Shown here piece by piece: positions 11,860 to 20,862 of a DNA stretch of 64,000 bases. The number at the start of each line of letters is the position of its first letter. Position 1 is the stretch's first letter. This DNA comes from an uncultured Clostridia bacterium. GTDB lineage: Bacteria > Bacillota > Clostridia > Christensenellales > UBA1242. The translations under genes were made by a program, and so were the position numbers. The notes under the pieces are model-generated. The model saw nothing but the letters and a program-made list of their open reading frames with translations, made no database searches and was not told the DNA's origin. The stretch spans positions 10,062 to 74,061 of the forward strand of contig CALVLZ010000009.1 in the NCBI GenBank assembly GCA_944341445.1. The letters are read 5' to 3'.

Positions 11860-14583
11860 TTACATTTCGTCCAAACTTTTTAAGAAATCACTTAAATTGT
11901 CTTTATTTTCTTCTTCCAACTCTGAAGCATCTTTTGTATAGTCGTGTTCAAACAAATCTCTAACAAGTGGCAATGCTTCAATATGAACTGTTGTTCTTTG
12001 TGTTGCACTAACAACCAAGAAACATGTTCCCTTATCAGCTGTAACAATTGCATCTTGTTCTTCTTTGTTTATACCACCAGCATTTCTATATAATGCAATT
12101 AAGTCTGTCATATCATTTGGAGCAAGTGAGAATATTAAAGAATATTGACTTGCGTTTATTATTGCAGTACTTTGCTGAGCAATTTCTTCAGAACCAACAA
12201 AGTCTTTAATGTTTTGTGTTGCAATAATTTGCATTCCGTGGTATTTACGAATACGTTTTGCCATACGAGTCATAAACTCAAGTGATGTTGGGAATTTTTT
12301 ATTAATAAATTCGTGCGCTTCATCAACTGCAATTATAACTCTTCTATACTCCAATTCTTCCAAATTTGGTTTATAATATTTATCATTAAAGTCTTTGTTT
12401 TTTGTTATTTCATTATTTAAGAATTTGAAAACTAACAACATTTGAGCATTTGTGATTAATGGGTTGTTATTTCCTAATAAGTTACGGAAATTGAAACAGA
12501 TAAAGTTTTCATTAGTTACGATACTTGTAGGTCCATTCCACAAGTTACTATATCTACCACCAGAAGCAAATTTTTCTATATAAGTTCTAACAGTAAGTAA
12601 AGATTTCATTCTGTATGGTTCAGTTTCTTCTTTAATTTGATCTTTTATAATTTTTAACAAATCATCAAATATTGGATAATCTTCTGGTTCTAAAGTGCTT
12701 AAGTCTGTGTTTTCTGTTATGTTTTTAGATTTATATACTTCAATCAACAAACTGTTCAATGTTTCAAAACTATCAGAATCAATTCCAGGCAAGATAATTC
12801 TAAAAAATTGTTCCAAAAATTGCAAATGCGCACTATAAGAAGAACTTAAATCACCCTCATCTTCTTTCAAATCTGTGAATATATGGAATGGGTTAAAAAT
12901 ACCGTGAATATTTGAACCAACATCAATAATTTTACCATTCAAGTTATTACAAATAACTTCATATTCGTTTTCTGGGTCTAGTATAAATATTCTTGTTTGG
13001 TCTGCAGCAAAGTTTGTTAATAATGTTTTAGTTGCGAAAGATTTACCAGCACCAGATTTTCCCATAACAACCATGTTGCTATTCATTCTATCTTTATCTC
13101 TTGAGAAGAAGTTGATGAACATCGGATATTCACTCCAACCAATATAAATACCATGGTCATCTTGCATCATACTGCTAATAAATGGAAACATTGCAGCAAG
13201 TGAACTTGTGTGTATTCCACGCTCATACATTTTTAAAGTATCTAATCTTGAAATATTTGCACTTACAAATGCATCTATTTGCCTTCCAAAATTTTCAGCA
13301 AATCTAAAACCATTTTGTTTTAAAAGTGACCTTACTTCTTTTTTATTCTCATCCAATGTAACAATGTGAATATTTGTGTTATACAAAGTTTCACCATTAT
13401 TTTTTAAACTTGTTAACAATTCTCTTAATGTGTCATAGTGTGTTTGATTTTCAATTTGTTGACTTGTTTTTGCTGTTTTATTAAGTTTAATTTCCATTTC
13501 CATCAAACTTTTATCAAGCAATTTTTCAGCTTTAAATCTATCCATTTGCTCAATATTAACAACAACTCTTGTGTCTGGCAACATAAATATTGGATACAAC
13601 CACGCATTAGGAACTTCCAATGGATATTCTGAAATTGTGAATGTTCTATACAACTTTTTGTCAATTTGTGTAGTCATACTCTTGAATTGAACATTATCTG
13701 GGAAAGCCCATTTAACTTTTTCTTCGCCATTCAAATTTTTCAATTCTCTTTCATCAAAATAATCTGTAAATGTGCTTTTTAAGAAAACCAACAATTCATC
13801 ACCAACTAAAATTTTAGAATATATTGGTGTGACACTTGAAGATAAAGAAGCAGACATACCTTTTATTGTTGATTCAAGCATTTCGCGGTCTGTATCATAA
13901 ACAACAATATAATAATGCTCTTTTAAAATTCTATCATAGTTGTTAAAAATATTTATATTTCTTAAACGTTCTTCAAAAATTGGTGCACGTAAATCAAGTT
14001 CTTCTTGTGAATATAATCCTTTAGAACTCATTTCCTGAAGTTTTGTGTATCTATAGTCCTCATATTGTTCCATTTCATCCAAAACTTCAGCCTTTTTAAT
14101 TTTAACCACACTCATCTTTTGATTTTTATTCAAACGTGTTATTGCATTACCAAATGTATTTATTGCAACTTCTTGTTTTTCTTCATCTAATAAGAAAAAG
14201 TCTATTGGAAAAATTTCCAAAACCATTGCATAATACTCACCAAAACTAATGTATTGATTCCTATTTAATCCTTCAAATGGAATAATTCTTTTAATATTTT
14301 CATTTTGTTTAACAAAGTTTTTAAAATATTTTTTCTTATAAGCAAAAAACTTAAAAGCCAAAACAACACTAAAATATAATTTAACACCATCAGAAACAGG
14401 AACAAATAACATAACCCAAAGTGATGCAACAGCAATACCCAAGTATATGTTATATGGTATGTTACTAGCAAAAACCATAACTGCAGCAACTAAACCAATT
14501 AGTGCTATTATACAGTCTAAAAAAGTAAAATTTTTAAATACTTCTGTTTTAATTTTTGCCTTTCTTGGAATAAATTTAGACAT
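11860..14583 (-). CDS. VirB4/TrbE/TraE-type T4SS ATPase with fused N-terminal VirB3/PrgI-like membrane segment
   Basis: 907 aa. Residues about 1-90 form hydrophobic helices. Walker A is GKSGAGKS (about 13039-13063), Walker B is IIAVDEAHEF, and a GMQIIATQN motif typical of VirB4-family ATPases is present. AAGGGAGAA RBS. Confidence 0.8.
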   Translation of the reverse strand: MSKFIPRKAKIKTEVFKNFTFLDCIIALIGLVAAVMVFASNIPYNIYLGIAVASLWVMLFVPVSDGVKLYFSVVLAFKFFAYKKKYFKNFVKQNENIKRIIPFEGLNRNQYISFGEYYAMVLEIFPIDFFLLDEEKQEVAINTFGNAITRLNKNQKMSVVKIKKAEVLDEMEQYEDYRYTKLQEMSSKGLYSQEELDLRAPIFEERLRNINIFNNYDRILKEHYYIVVYDTDREMLESTIKGMSASLSSSVTPIYSKILVGDELLVFLKSTFTDYFDERELKNLNGEEKVKWAFPDNVQFKSMTTQIDKKLYRTFTISEYPLEVPNAWLYPIFMLPDTRVVVNIEQMDRFKAEKLLDKSLMEMEIKLNKTAKTSQQIENQTHYDTLRELLTSLKNNGETLYNTNIHIVTLDENKKEVRSLLKQNGFRFAENFGRQIDAFVSANISRLDTLKMYERGIHTSSLAAMFPFISSMMQDDHGIYIGWSEYPMFINFFSRDKDRMNSNMVVMGKSGAGKSFATKTLLTNFAADQTRIFILDPENEYEVICNNLNGKIIDVGSNIHGIFNPFHIFTDLKEDEGDLSSSYSAHLQFLEQFFRIILPGIDSDSFETLNSLLIEVYKSKNITENTDLSTLEPEDYPIFDDLLKIIKDQIKEETEPYRMKSLLTVRTYIEKFASGGRYSNLWNGPTSIVTNENFICFNFRNLLGNNNPLITNAQMLLVFKFLNNEITKNKDFNDKYYKPNLEELEYRRVIIAVDEAHEFINKKFPTSLEFMTRMAKRIRKYHGMQIIATQNIKDFVGSEEIAQQSTAIINASQYSLIFSLAPNDMTDLIALYRNAGGINKEEQDAIVTADKGTCFLVVSATQRTTVHIEALPLVRDLFEHDYTKDASELEEENKDNLSDFLKSLDEM

Positions 14584-14850
14584 TTTGATTCTCCCTTTTT
14601 ATTATGTGCACATATTTACATATTATAATTACAATAAGTATATTATAAAAAATAAAAAATTCAAAACAATATGATAAGAAAATAAATTGATTTTTGAAAA
14701 AAAATTAATAATAAATTAAAGCAACATAGCAATTTATTTGTTTGTTATAATGAACTTAAATTTATAAATTATGGCTTTATTAAAGCATAAAAACAATATT
14801 TGAATAGTACTTTATGATTAAATTAATGAACATATAAAAAACAAAGAATA

Positions 14851-14870
14851 AAAGTGATTAAAATCACTTT
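14851..14870 (-). terminator. Probable terminator after the VirB6-like pair
   Basis: Inverted repeat aaagtgatt / aatcacttt abutting the stop codon at 14870-14872. A T-rich tract follows on the minus strand. The loop is very short, so the effective stem is shorter. Confidence 0.5.
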
Positions 14871-17098
14871 TATTCTTTATCTTCACTATATTTTTTATAT
14901 CTTGCCGTCCTATCAAAATTATGTCCAAATAAAGTATTGTTTTGACTTTTCTGTTGAGCATTTAAATATTTTGAATTTGCTTTATTAACTCTTTTTTCAG
15001 ATTTAGCTAAAGCCTTTACATCCCTCTCAGATTCTTTGTCAGATCTATGATATCCTGCAACATTTTTTTGTGCCTCATCCCTTTCATTCTCTGCATCTTT
15101 CAGATTTCTACTCATTCTTTCGTATTTTTCATCTAGCCTATCTTGTTTTTCAGAAGCACGTCTATCTTGATAATATTGTCTTGAAGTTAAACCTTCTTCT
15201 TGATATTTCTTCTTAACTTCTTTATCTCTTTCTTTTAAGGATCTAAAATTTTTTTGCTGTGCTTCAAACTTTTCTTCTTTTTTCTTAGCTCTCTCAGCTT
15301 TTTTAGGATTTACAGGTTTGTTTTTAGGATCTCTCATCTGTATACCCAAACCAGCACCCAATTGTTTACCTATTGCATTTCTTTTTACCCTAAAGTTTGC
15401 CATTGATTGAGAAGTTTTTTGATCTAATTTATTTGCTAAATCTCTTGCTCGTCCACGGTTTCTTATTTGCCTATTACTTGTTGTTTTACCCATTTTTGCA
15501 TCAATTTTATCACCAATTTTGGCACCAGCTTTTAAAGCAAGTGAAGCTCCTTTGGCTATAGCTGCCTTTGCCAAAGCACCAGCCCCTGTTGCAATAGTCG
15601 CCGCATTAACTACTGTATTACCAACTCTTTTAGCCATATCGCTACCAGCAGAAAGAGCATCATCAGCACCAATTAATTTTGAAATTAGTGTTCCGCCCTC
15701 TTTAACAGTTATTAATCCTGTTATAACTAAAATTAGTCTCATTAAACTATTTTGAAAACTCAAATTAATACCTTTGATTGCATTACCAGAATTGAAAAAA
15801 TCTATAGATTGAAAAAATGGCAACATTAAGAAAAATAAATTTAAAGCAATAATAGTTCCGTAAGCACCTATAATATTTCCAATAAAAGCTTTTCTCCATT
15901 CTCCAAAAGCGTTTCCTCCATCTAGTGGCATTAAACCAACAATAGGAGGTGCTACAACATAAAGCATCACGCTTTTAAACAATCTCATAACAATGCCTAT
16001 CGCAGACATTAGCATTATATAAGCACAAATAAATGTTCCAAAAGCAAGTATTACATAGTTTATGCTGTTTGTATCATAGAACTGAACCGCTAAATTACCA
16101 TTGGTTGCATCAAAAACATTTAGTTTTATGGTTCCATCTGCTTGTTTTTCACCAACCAAATATCTTCCATCAGAACTTAAAGTTAACTTTAAATCTGCTT
16201 TTGTTGCAAATCTATAAGCCATAGAATCTTTTGATATATAAATCTCGTTATTAAATAACTCTTCTTCACTTTCTGCAACAATTATATAATAACCAGACGA
16301 AAAACAATTGTTTATTATACTTGCCATATTTTGTTCATAAGAAACAGATTCTGTTACATCTGTTATTGGTGTAGATGGTATTTGTTGCAAACTAATAGTA
16401 TCACTTGTTGAGTTAATTTTATATCCTAGAAAAACTTGACCAGATGTAGAATTATTATGTTTGTAATTCCAAACAACAGTATTTTCTGAAACAATTGGAT
16501 TTAGCTGCTTATCTTTATCTTTGCTATTAACTATTAATTTATTAGCTGATGAACAAGACGCGCTAAAAACTGAATTTGATATTTTAGCCGAATTCACTTT
16601 TGTTGTTGCAGAATCTAATGCTTGCAATAAAAACTGAGATAATATAATCCCCATTGCAACTGCAATTGGTACTATTGCAAACATAGCCATACTCTTTAAT
16701 GAGTTTTTAAAAATTGCACTTTTATTATTTTCTGCTTTTTCTGTTGTGTATTCACTTCTTATAATTTGAATTATAGTTGCTATAAACATAATTACAATAG
16801 CAAGAACGGTTAAAGCAACAAACACATCCATTACTTGAGACGATGTTATTAATGCCAGTACGATATCATTATTTGAAGCAGTATCTCCTATCCATACTGT
16901 ATCTAAGCCAACTAATCTTTTAAATAAACTTTGGAAAAAGTCAACAAAATATAGAACTTTTAAAATCAAGCCAAAAATTATTTCACCAACTAAAGCAATA
17001 ATAGCGTTCATTATTTTTGTAACAATATCAATAAGTAAATTACTTAAAAACGTTATTAAACCTTCAAATATGTTTGCTAAAAACATTGACATATACAT
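14870..17098 (-). CDS. Polytopic membrane protein, VirB6/TrbL-like (paralog A) with charged C-terminal tail
   Basis: 742 aa with about 8 predicted TM helices, a ~200-aa loop between TM4 and TM5, and a Gly/Ala-rich segment. A K/E/R/Q-rich tail occupies about 14870-15481. It shares IIQIIRSEYTTE and PPIVGLMPLDGG with the adjacent paralog. AAGGAG RBS. The call rests on topology and context. Confidence 0.55.
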   Translation of the reverse strand: MYMSMFLANIFEGLITFLSNLLIDIVTKIMNAIIALVGEIIFGLILKVLYFVDFFQSLFKRLVGLDTVWIGDTASNNDIVLALITSSQVMDVFVALTVLAIVIMFIATIIQIIRSEYTTEKAENNKSAIFKNSLKSMAMFAIVPIAVAMGIILSQFLLQALDSATTKVNSAKISNSVFSASCSSANKLIVNSKDKDKQLNPIVSENTVVWNYKHNNSTSGQVFLGYKINSTSDTISLQQIPSTPITDVTESVSYEQNMASIINNCFSSGYYIIVAESEEELFNNEIYISKDSMAYRFATKADLKLTLSSDGRYLVGEKQADGTIKLNVFDATNGNLAVQFYDTNSINYVILAFGTFICAYIMLMSAIGIVMRLFKSVMLYVVAPPIVGLMPLDGGNAFGEWRKAFIGNIIGAYGTIIALNLFFLMLPFFQSIDFFNSGNAIKGINLSFQNSLMRLILVITGLITVKEGGTLISKLIGADDALSAGSDMAKRVGNTVVNAATIATGAGALAKAAIAKGASLALKAGAKIGDKIDAKMGKTTSNRQIRNRGRARDLANKLDQKTSQSMANFRVKRNAIGKQLGAGLGIQMRDPKNKPVNPKKAERAKKKEEKFEAQQKNFRSLKERDKEVKKKYQEEGLTSRQYYQDRRASEKQDRLDEKYERMSRNLKDAENERDEAQKNVAGYHRSDKESERDVKALAKSEKRVNKANSKYLNAQQKSQNNTLFGHNFDRTARYKKYSEDKE

Positions 17099-17131
17099 TT
17101 ATCTCCTTTTTATATTTGTTGACTTTTAAAT

Positions 17132-19621
17132 TTATTTTTTTGAACTATTGTTCTTTTTTTCTGCTTGCTCTTGAATTTTAGAAAACTCACGATGCATATT
17201 TGTACCTTTTTCATTTATGCCTTGATTAATTTTACCAGCCGCAATCTGACTTGTATTGTTATTTGTTGATTCGTTTAAAATTTTCTTATTTTCCTTCACT
17301 CCGGCCTTATAAATTTTATCAATATCTTTATTTTCCTTTTCTAATTCTCGAATCTGTGCTTTCAAATTATCAATTCTTGCTAATGATAAAGGATCCCCTT
17401 TTTCTTTTGCTTTTTTAATATCTTCTTTAAGTTCTTTGATCCTACTACTATTTTCAATTCTAGTTCTCTCAAGACCATTATTACTCATTTCTTCACGAGC
17501 AATGGCTCTTGCATATTTAGCATTTTCATATCTATTTTTTGTTCTATTAATTATATTGTCTGATAAAGTTTGTTTTAATGTTCTATGAAGCTCTAAATTT
17601 CCATCCTTGTCAAATCCAATCTTTCTAGAACTCATAATATTTGACATTTGAGAATTGTATTTATCTTGTATTTCTTTAATTTTTGGTGCAAGTTCTTTAT
17701 CAACTGCTTTCTTTTGCTCTTCAGATAAATTTTTATAATCTTTATCTTTATATAACTTGCCAATTTCACCTTGCATTTGCTTTCTTAAAGTTTCAGAAGC
17801 AATACTCTTTTCTGATGTTTTTTGTGTTGCATAATCTAATGAAGATTGATATGGTCTAAACACTTTATTCATGCTACCTATAAGACCTGTATCTTTTGCT
17901 CTAATTCTGTCCATTATAGAGCCTTTACCTTCTTTAACTCTCTTTCTACTTGCAGCAACAGACTTGTCCTTTTTTGGTTTTTCTGCTGAAGGAATAGAAG
18001 TAATACCTGTTGCCTTTTTAACTTGTTCAGTTAAAACGTTATTATGGGATTTTCTTTGTTGTTTATGATATTCTGCTTGTGCATTTAATTGTTTAACTCT
18101 ATCTGAATCACCTGTCATATAACCTGTGGCAATTGCTCTACCCTTATTAACTATAGATGCAACACCATGTCCAGCTGCAGCCATACCATGACCAACATTT
18201 GAAACAGTTCTGCCAACACTTTTCATTGTGCTTGCACCTGTGCTAATAGCATCACCAGCGCCAATCAATCCTCCAATTAATTTTGGAGTATCTTTAACCA
18301 TTAAACAACCAACTATAATAAATATTAATTGTGCTAACAAATTTGCTGTTTCATCTGTGGTTGCTGGATCAAAAATATTAATACTTTGTAACATTGGAAG
18401 CAATAAAAAGAAAATATTTAATGAAACAACAACACCATAAGCCATCAAAACTTCGCTAATAAATGTTTTCTTCCAAGTTCCAAAAGCTTTCCCACCATCC
18501 AATGGCATCATACCAACAATAGGTGGTGAAATTAATATAAGCAATACAGCCTTAAACATACGTTTTGCCATTCCAAATGCTGCAGTAAACAAGGCATAAA
18601 TACAAAAGAAACATCCAAAAAATAGAATAACAAAATTCATATTACTTGTTTTGTAAAACATTTTAACAAGGCTACCATTAGTATAAGTATAAACAGAGTC
18701 TATTCTTATAATTGTTGAACCATCTTTTAATGCATTTATGTTGGCTTCTTCAAGAAACTCTTCAGCACCAGGACCTTCTGCCCAAACATAATACCCACCT
18801 TTGAATAGCAAGTCAATTAAATCTGCTGCGTTATATGTTCCAGATGCCGTTACATCTTCTGTGTTTTCTGTTATATTATTTAATCTATCAATATATTTTG
18901 GTTGAGGGTCTTCTGGTCTATACTTATATCCAATTTTTATGTCTTCGTTTTTAAATTTCCAAGTTATAGAACCATCTTTACCATCAATATGCATTGATAA
19001 ATCACCAAAAGCTGCTTGCGTTTTCGAATCTTCAAGGTCACTTTCTGTAGGAGTTCTAAAACAATTTGCATTATATGCACTGGCAATAAAAATACTATTT
19101 GATATATTTGAAGTTTTTCCCACTTGTGTTGCAGCATCAATAGCTCTCAATAAGAAATTTGAAAGAATTATTCCCATAACAGAAAATAATGGAACTATAA
19201 AAAACATAACCAAACTTTTAATAGATGTTGCAAATATTGTAGCTTTTGTATTTTTTGCACCTTCAGTTGTATACTCACTTCTTATAATTTGAATAATGGT
19301 TGCAATCATAACAATGCAAACACTTAAAATTGATAGTGCTAATAAAACATCCAAAACATTTCGTTGAAATAACATCTGCAAAATCAAATCACTAGAATTT
19401 GATTCAATGCCGCTGTATGATGTATCTAAACCTGCAAGAATCCTAAAAATGTTTTGTGAAAAATCAATTAAAGACATCAGTTGCGCACCAATGCCAAACA
19501 ATACTCCACCCAATACATTTTGAATTAAAAACATTATTACATCAACTAACCATAAAAAGAGTTCAGTGATTTTTTCTATTAACCAATCTAAAACACCTAA
19601 ATTCATAGAAATAAAATGCAT
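17132..19621 (-). CDS. Polytopic membrane protein, VirB6/TrbL-like (paralog B) with long charged C-terminal tail
   Basis: The ORF track starts at TTG 19633. The ATG at 19619-19621 is preceded by GGAGG with a 5-nt spacer. 829 aa. Architecture matches paralog A (IIQIIRSEYTTE, PPIVGMMPLDGG at 18491-18526). The ~320-aa tail is coiled-coil-like and spans about 17132-18106. Confidence 0.55.
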   Translation of the reverse strand: MHFISMNLGVLDWLIEKITELFLWLVDVIMFLIQNVLGGVLFGIGAQLMSLIDFSQNIFRILAGLDTSYSGIESNSSDLILQMLFQRNVLDVLLALSILSVCIVMIATIIQIIRSEYTTEGAKNTKATIFATSIKSLVMFFIVPLFSVMGIILSNFLLRAIDAATQVGKTSNISNSIFIASAYNANCFRTPTESDLEDSKTQAAFGDLSMHIDGKDGSITWKFKNEDIKIGYKYRPEDPQPKYIDRLNNITENTEDVTASGTYNAADLIDLLFKGGYYVWAEGPGAEEFLEEANINALKDGSTIIRIDSVYTYTNGSLVKMFYKTSNMNFVILFFGCFFCIYALFTAAFGMAKRMFKAVLLILISPPIVGMMPLDGGKAFGTWKKTFISEVLMAYGVVVSLNIFFLLLPMLQSINIFDPATTDETANLLAQLIFIIVGCLMVKDTPKLIGGLIGAGDAISTGASTMKSVGRTVSNVGHGMAAAGHGVASIVNKGRAIATGYMTGDSDRVKQLNAQAEYHKQQRKSHNNVLTEQVKKATGITSIPSAEKPKKDKSVAASRKRVKEGKGSIMDRIRAKDTGLIGSMNKVFRPYQSSLDYATQKTSEKSIASETLRKQMQGEIGKLYKDKDYKNLSEEQKKAVDKELAPKIKEIQDKYNSQMSNIMSSRKIGFDKDGNLELHRTLKQTLSDNIINRTKNRYENAKYARAIAREEMSNNGLERTRIENSSRIKELKEDIKKAKEKGDPLSLARIDNLKAQIRELEKENKDIDKIYKAGVKENKKILNESTNNNTSQIAAGKINQGINEKGTNMHREFSKIQEQAEKKNNSSKK

Positions 19622-19893
19622 ATATTCCTCCAATCAAAAATAGTTGAATAATAATTCGATTCAGCAACTTCTTATAATTATATTATCTAACAATAATTAT
19701 ATAATATTACAACAGAAAAATCAAATATATTAATAAACAAAAAAACAATAAATGCACATTTGTTTATATTAAAATTTGCACAAATAAACAATTAAAACAA
19801 AAAGGACATTATAAAAATATAAATTGGAAAAACATTCCTATGAAAAATTAATCTGTCTGATTTAATGGAAACAAAAATAATTTTCTATAATTA

Positions 19894-19928
19894 AAAACAT
19901 GTGTTTTTGTCACAAAAACACATGTTTT
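19894..19928. repeat. Perfect 16-bp inverted repeat (hairpin) in the spacer between the pilin-like gene and the VirB6-like pair
   Basis: aaaacatgtgtttttg (19894-19909) / caaaaacacatgtttt (19913-19928) with loop tca. It may be a second terminator or an operator. Confidence 0.6.
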
Positions 19929-19960
19929 ATTACCGCTTAAATTGTATTCAGAAAACAAAA

Positions 19961-19980
19961 AAAGCTTCAATTGAAGCTTT
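19961..19980 (-). terminator. Rho-independent terminator of the pilin-like gene
   Basis: aaagcttc-aatt-gaagcttt hairpin directly after the stop at 19981-19983. A T-run of 7 follows on the minus strand. Confidence 0.7.
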
Positions 19981-20442
19981 TTAATATGTTAATACACCAA
20001 ATGTTCTACCAACTGCACATGCCATAGTTTTTAACATGCCAATTGAACTATCTTCTTCAGCAGCTTTTCCTCCGTTCCAACCATAACCAGATACTAAATT
20101 TGCAATATTTGGAGCATATTTAACAAATAATGCTAAAAGTGCCATTAACGCAAGCATTGCAATTATACCAATAACTGCATTTATTAAGCGTTTTTTAGCT
20201 TCTTCACGAGCATCTGAACTTTCTGCTCTTGAATATTTAACACCTAATATAATTGCATAAATTGAACCAGCAGTTCCAACTAAAATTAACAAAGGAACTA
20301 TCATCATATTTAAAACTTCTATAATAGGTTCAAATATGCTTTTATACCAGTCTTGTGTTGTAACATCTCCAGTTGTACCAGTACTTTCTGCATCTTCAGC
20401 TAAAAACTTAGAAAAGCCCATAATTAAATTCATTAAAGACAT
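19981..20442 (-). CDS. Small two-helix membrane protein, TrbC/VirB2-like (pilin-like conjugal transfer protein)
   Basis: 153 aa. Two hydrophobic helices are separated by a charged loop (KYSRAESSDAREEAKKR). GGGAGAG RBS. It has its own promoter-like element and terminator. The assignment rests on size, topology and context. Confidence 0.5.
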   Translation of the reverse strand: MSLMNLIMGFSKFLAEDAESTGTTGDVTTQDWYKSIFEPIIEVLNMMIVPLLILVGTAGSIYAIILGVKYSRAESSDAREEAKKRLINAVIGIIAMLALMALLALFVKYAPNIANLVSGYGWNGGKAAEEDSSIGMLKTMACAVGRTFGVLTY

Positions 20443-20486
20443 CGTTTTTCTCTCCCTTAAAACTTAAATCGTATTTATTTGACTTT

Positions 20487-20515
20487 ATATTATCACAACA
20501 AATTTTTTTTAACAA
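20487..20515 (-). promoter_or_regulatory. Candidate promoter of the pilin-like gene
   Basis: On the minus strand: TTGTTA (20515-20510), 17-nt spacer, TGa-TAATAT extended -10 (20492-20487). It lies about 45 nt upstream of the ATG. Confidence 0.4.
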
Positions 20516-20714
20516 ACATTTTTTAACATATTTTGATAAAAAAAACATTTTTTTACAAAAATTATTTTCTAAAAATAAGTTTATTAATATTATTTCACAA
20601 ATTAATAAAAAAATAACCAATAGAACATTAAAAATAAATAATAAACAACATTATTTAAAAATTTAATTTATTGCAAGTTTTTAGATTAATTTTTTTTTGT
20701 TGCAACTTAATTCA

Positions 20715-20763
20715 CACTAATCAACTACCCAATTTCTTTTAAATCAAATTAGTGATTAGTGAT
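20715..20763. repeat. 9-bp inverted repeat plus tandem heptamer in the divergent control region
   Basis: cactaatca (20715-20723) and tgattagtg (20753-20761) are separated by 29 nt. tagtgat occurs twice in tandem (20750-20763). Confidence 0.45.
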
Positions 20764-20809
20764 TGATTTGTTAATTAATGTTGAATAATATAAATATAAT
20801 AATTTTTAT

Positions 20810-20838
20810 TTTACAAATTTAAAATAAATATTTATAAT
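20810..20838 (+). promoter_or_regulatory. Candidate sigma-A-type promoter of the VirD4-like gene
   Basis: TTTACA (20810-20815), 17-nt spacer, consensus TATAAT (20833-20838). The GGGAGG RBS is at 20855-20860 and the ATG at 20863. Confidence 0.45.
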
Positions 20839-20862
20839 GTTTGTAACATATCTAGGGAGGCT

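Noticed and set aside
19622-19633. TTG start at 19633 for VirB6-like paralog B
   Set aside because: The GGAGG RBS lies inside this extension and is correctly spaced for the ATG at 19621.
20408-20620. 70-aa minus-strand ORF overlapping the pilin-like gene start and its promoter region
   Set aside because: It has no RBS and an odd composition. It overlaps the better-supported gene and the promoter-like element, so it is an AT-rich chance ORF.
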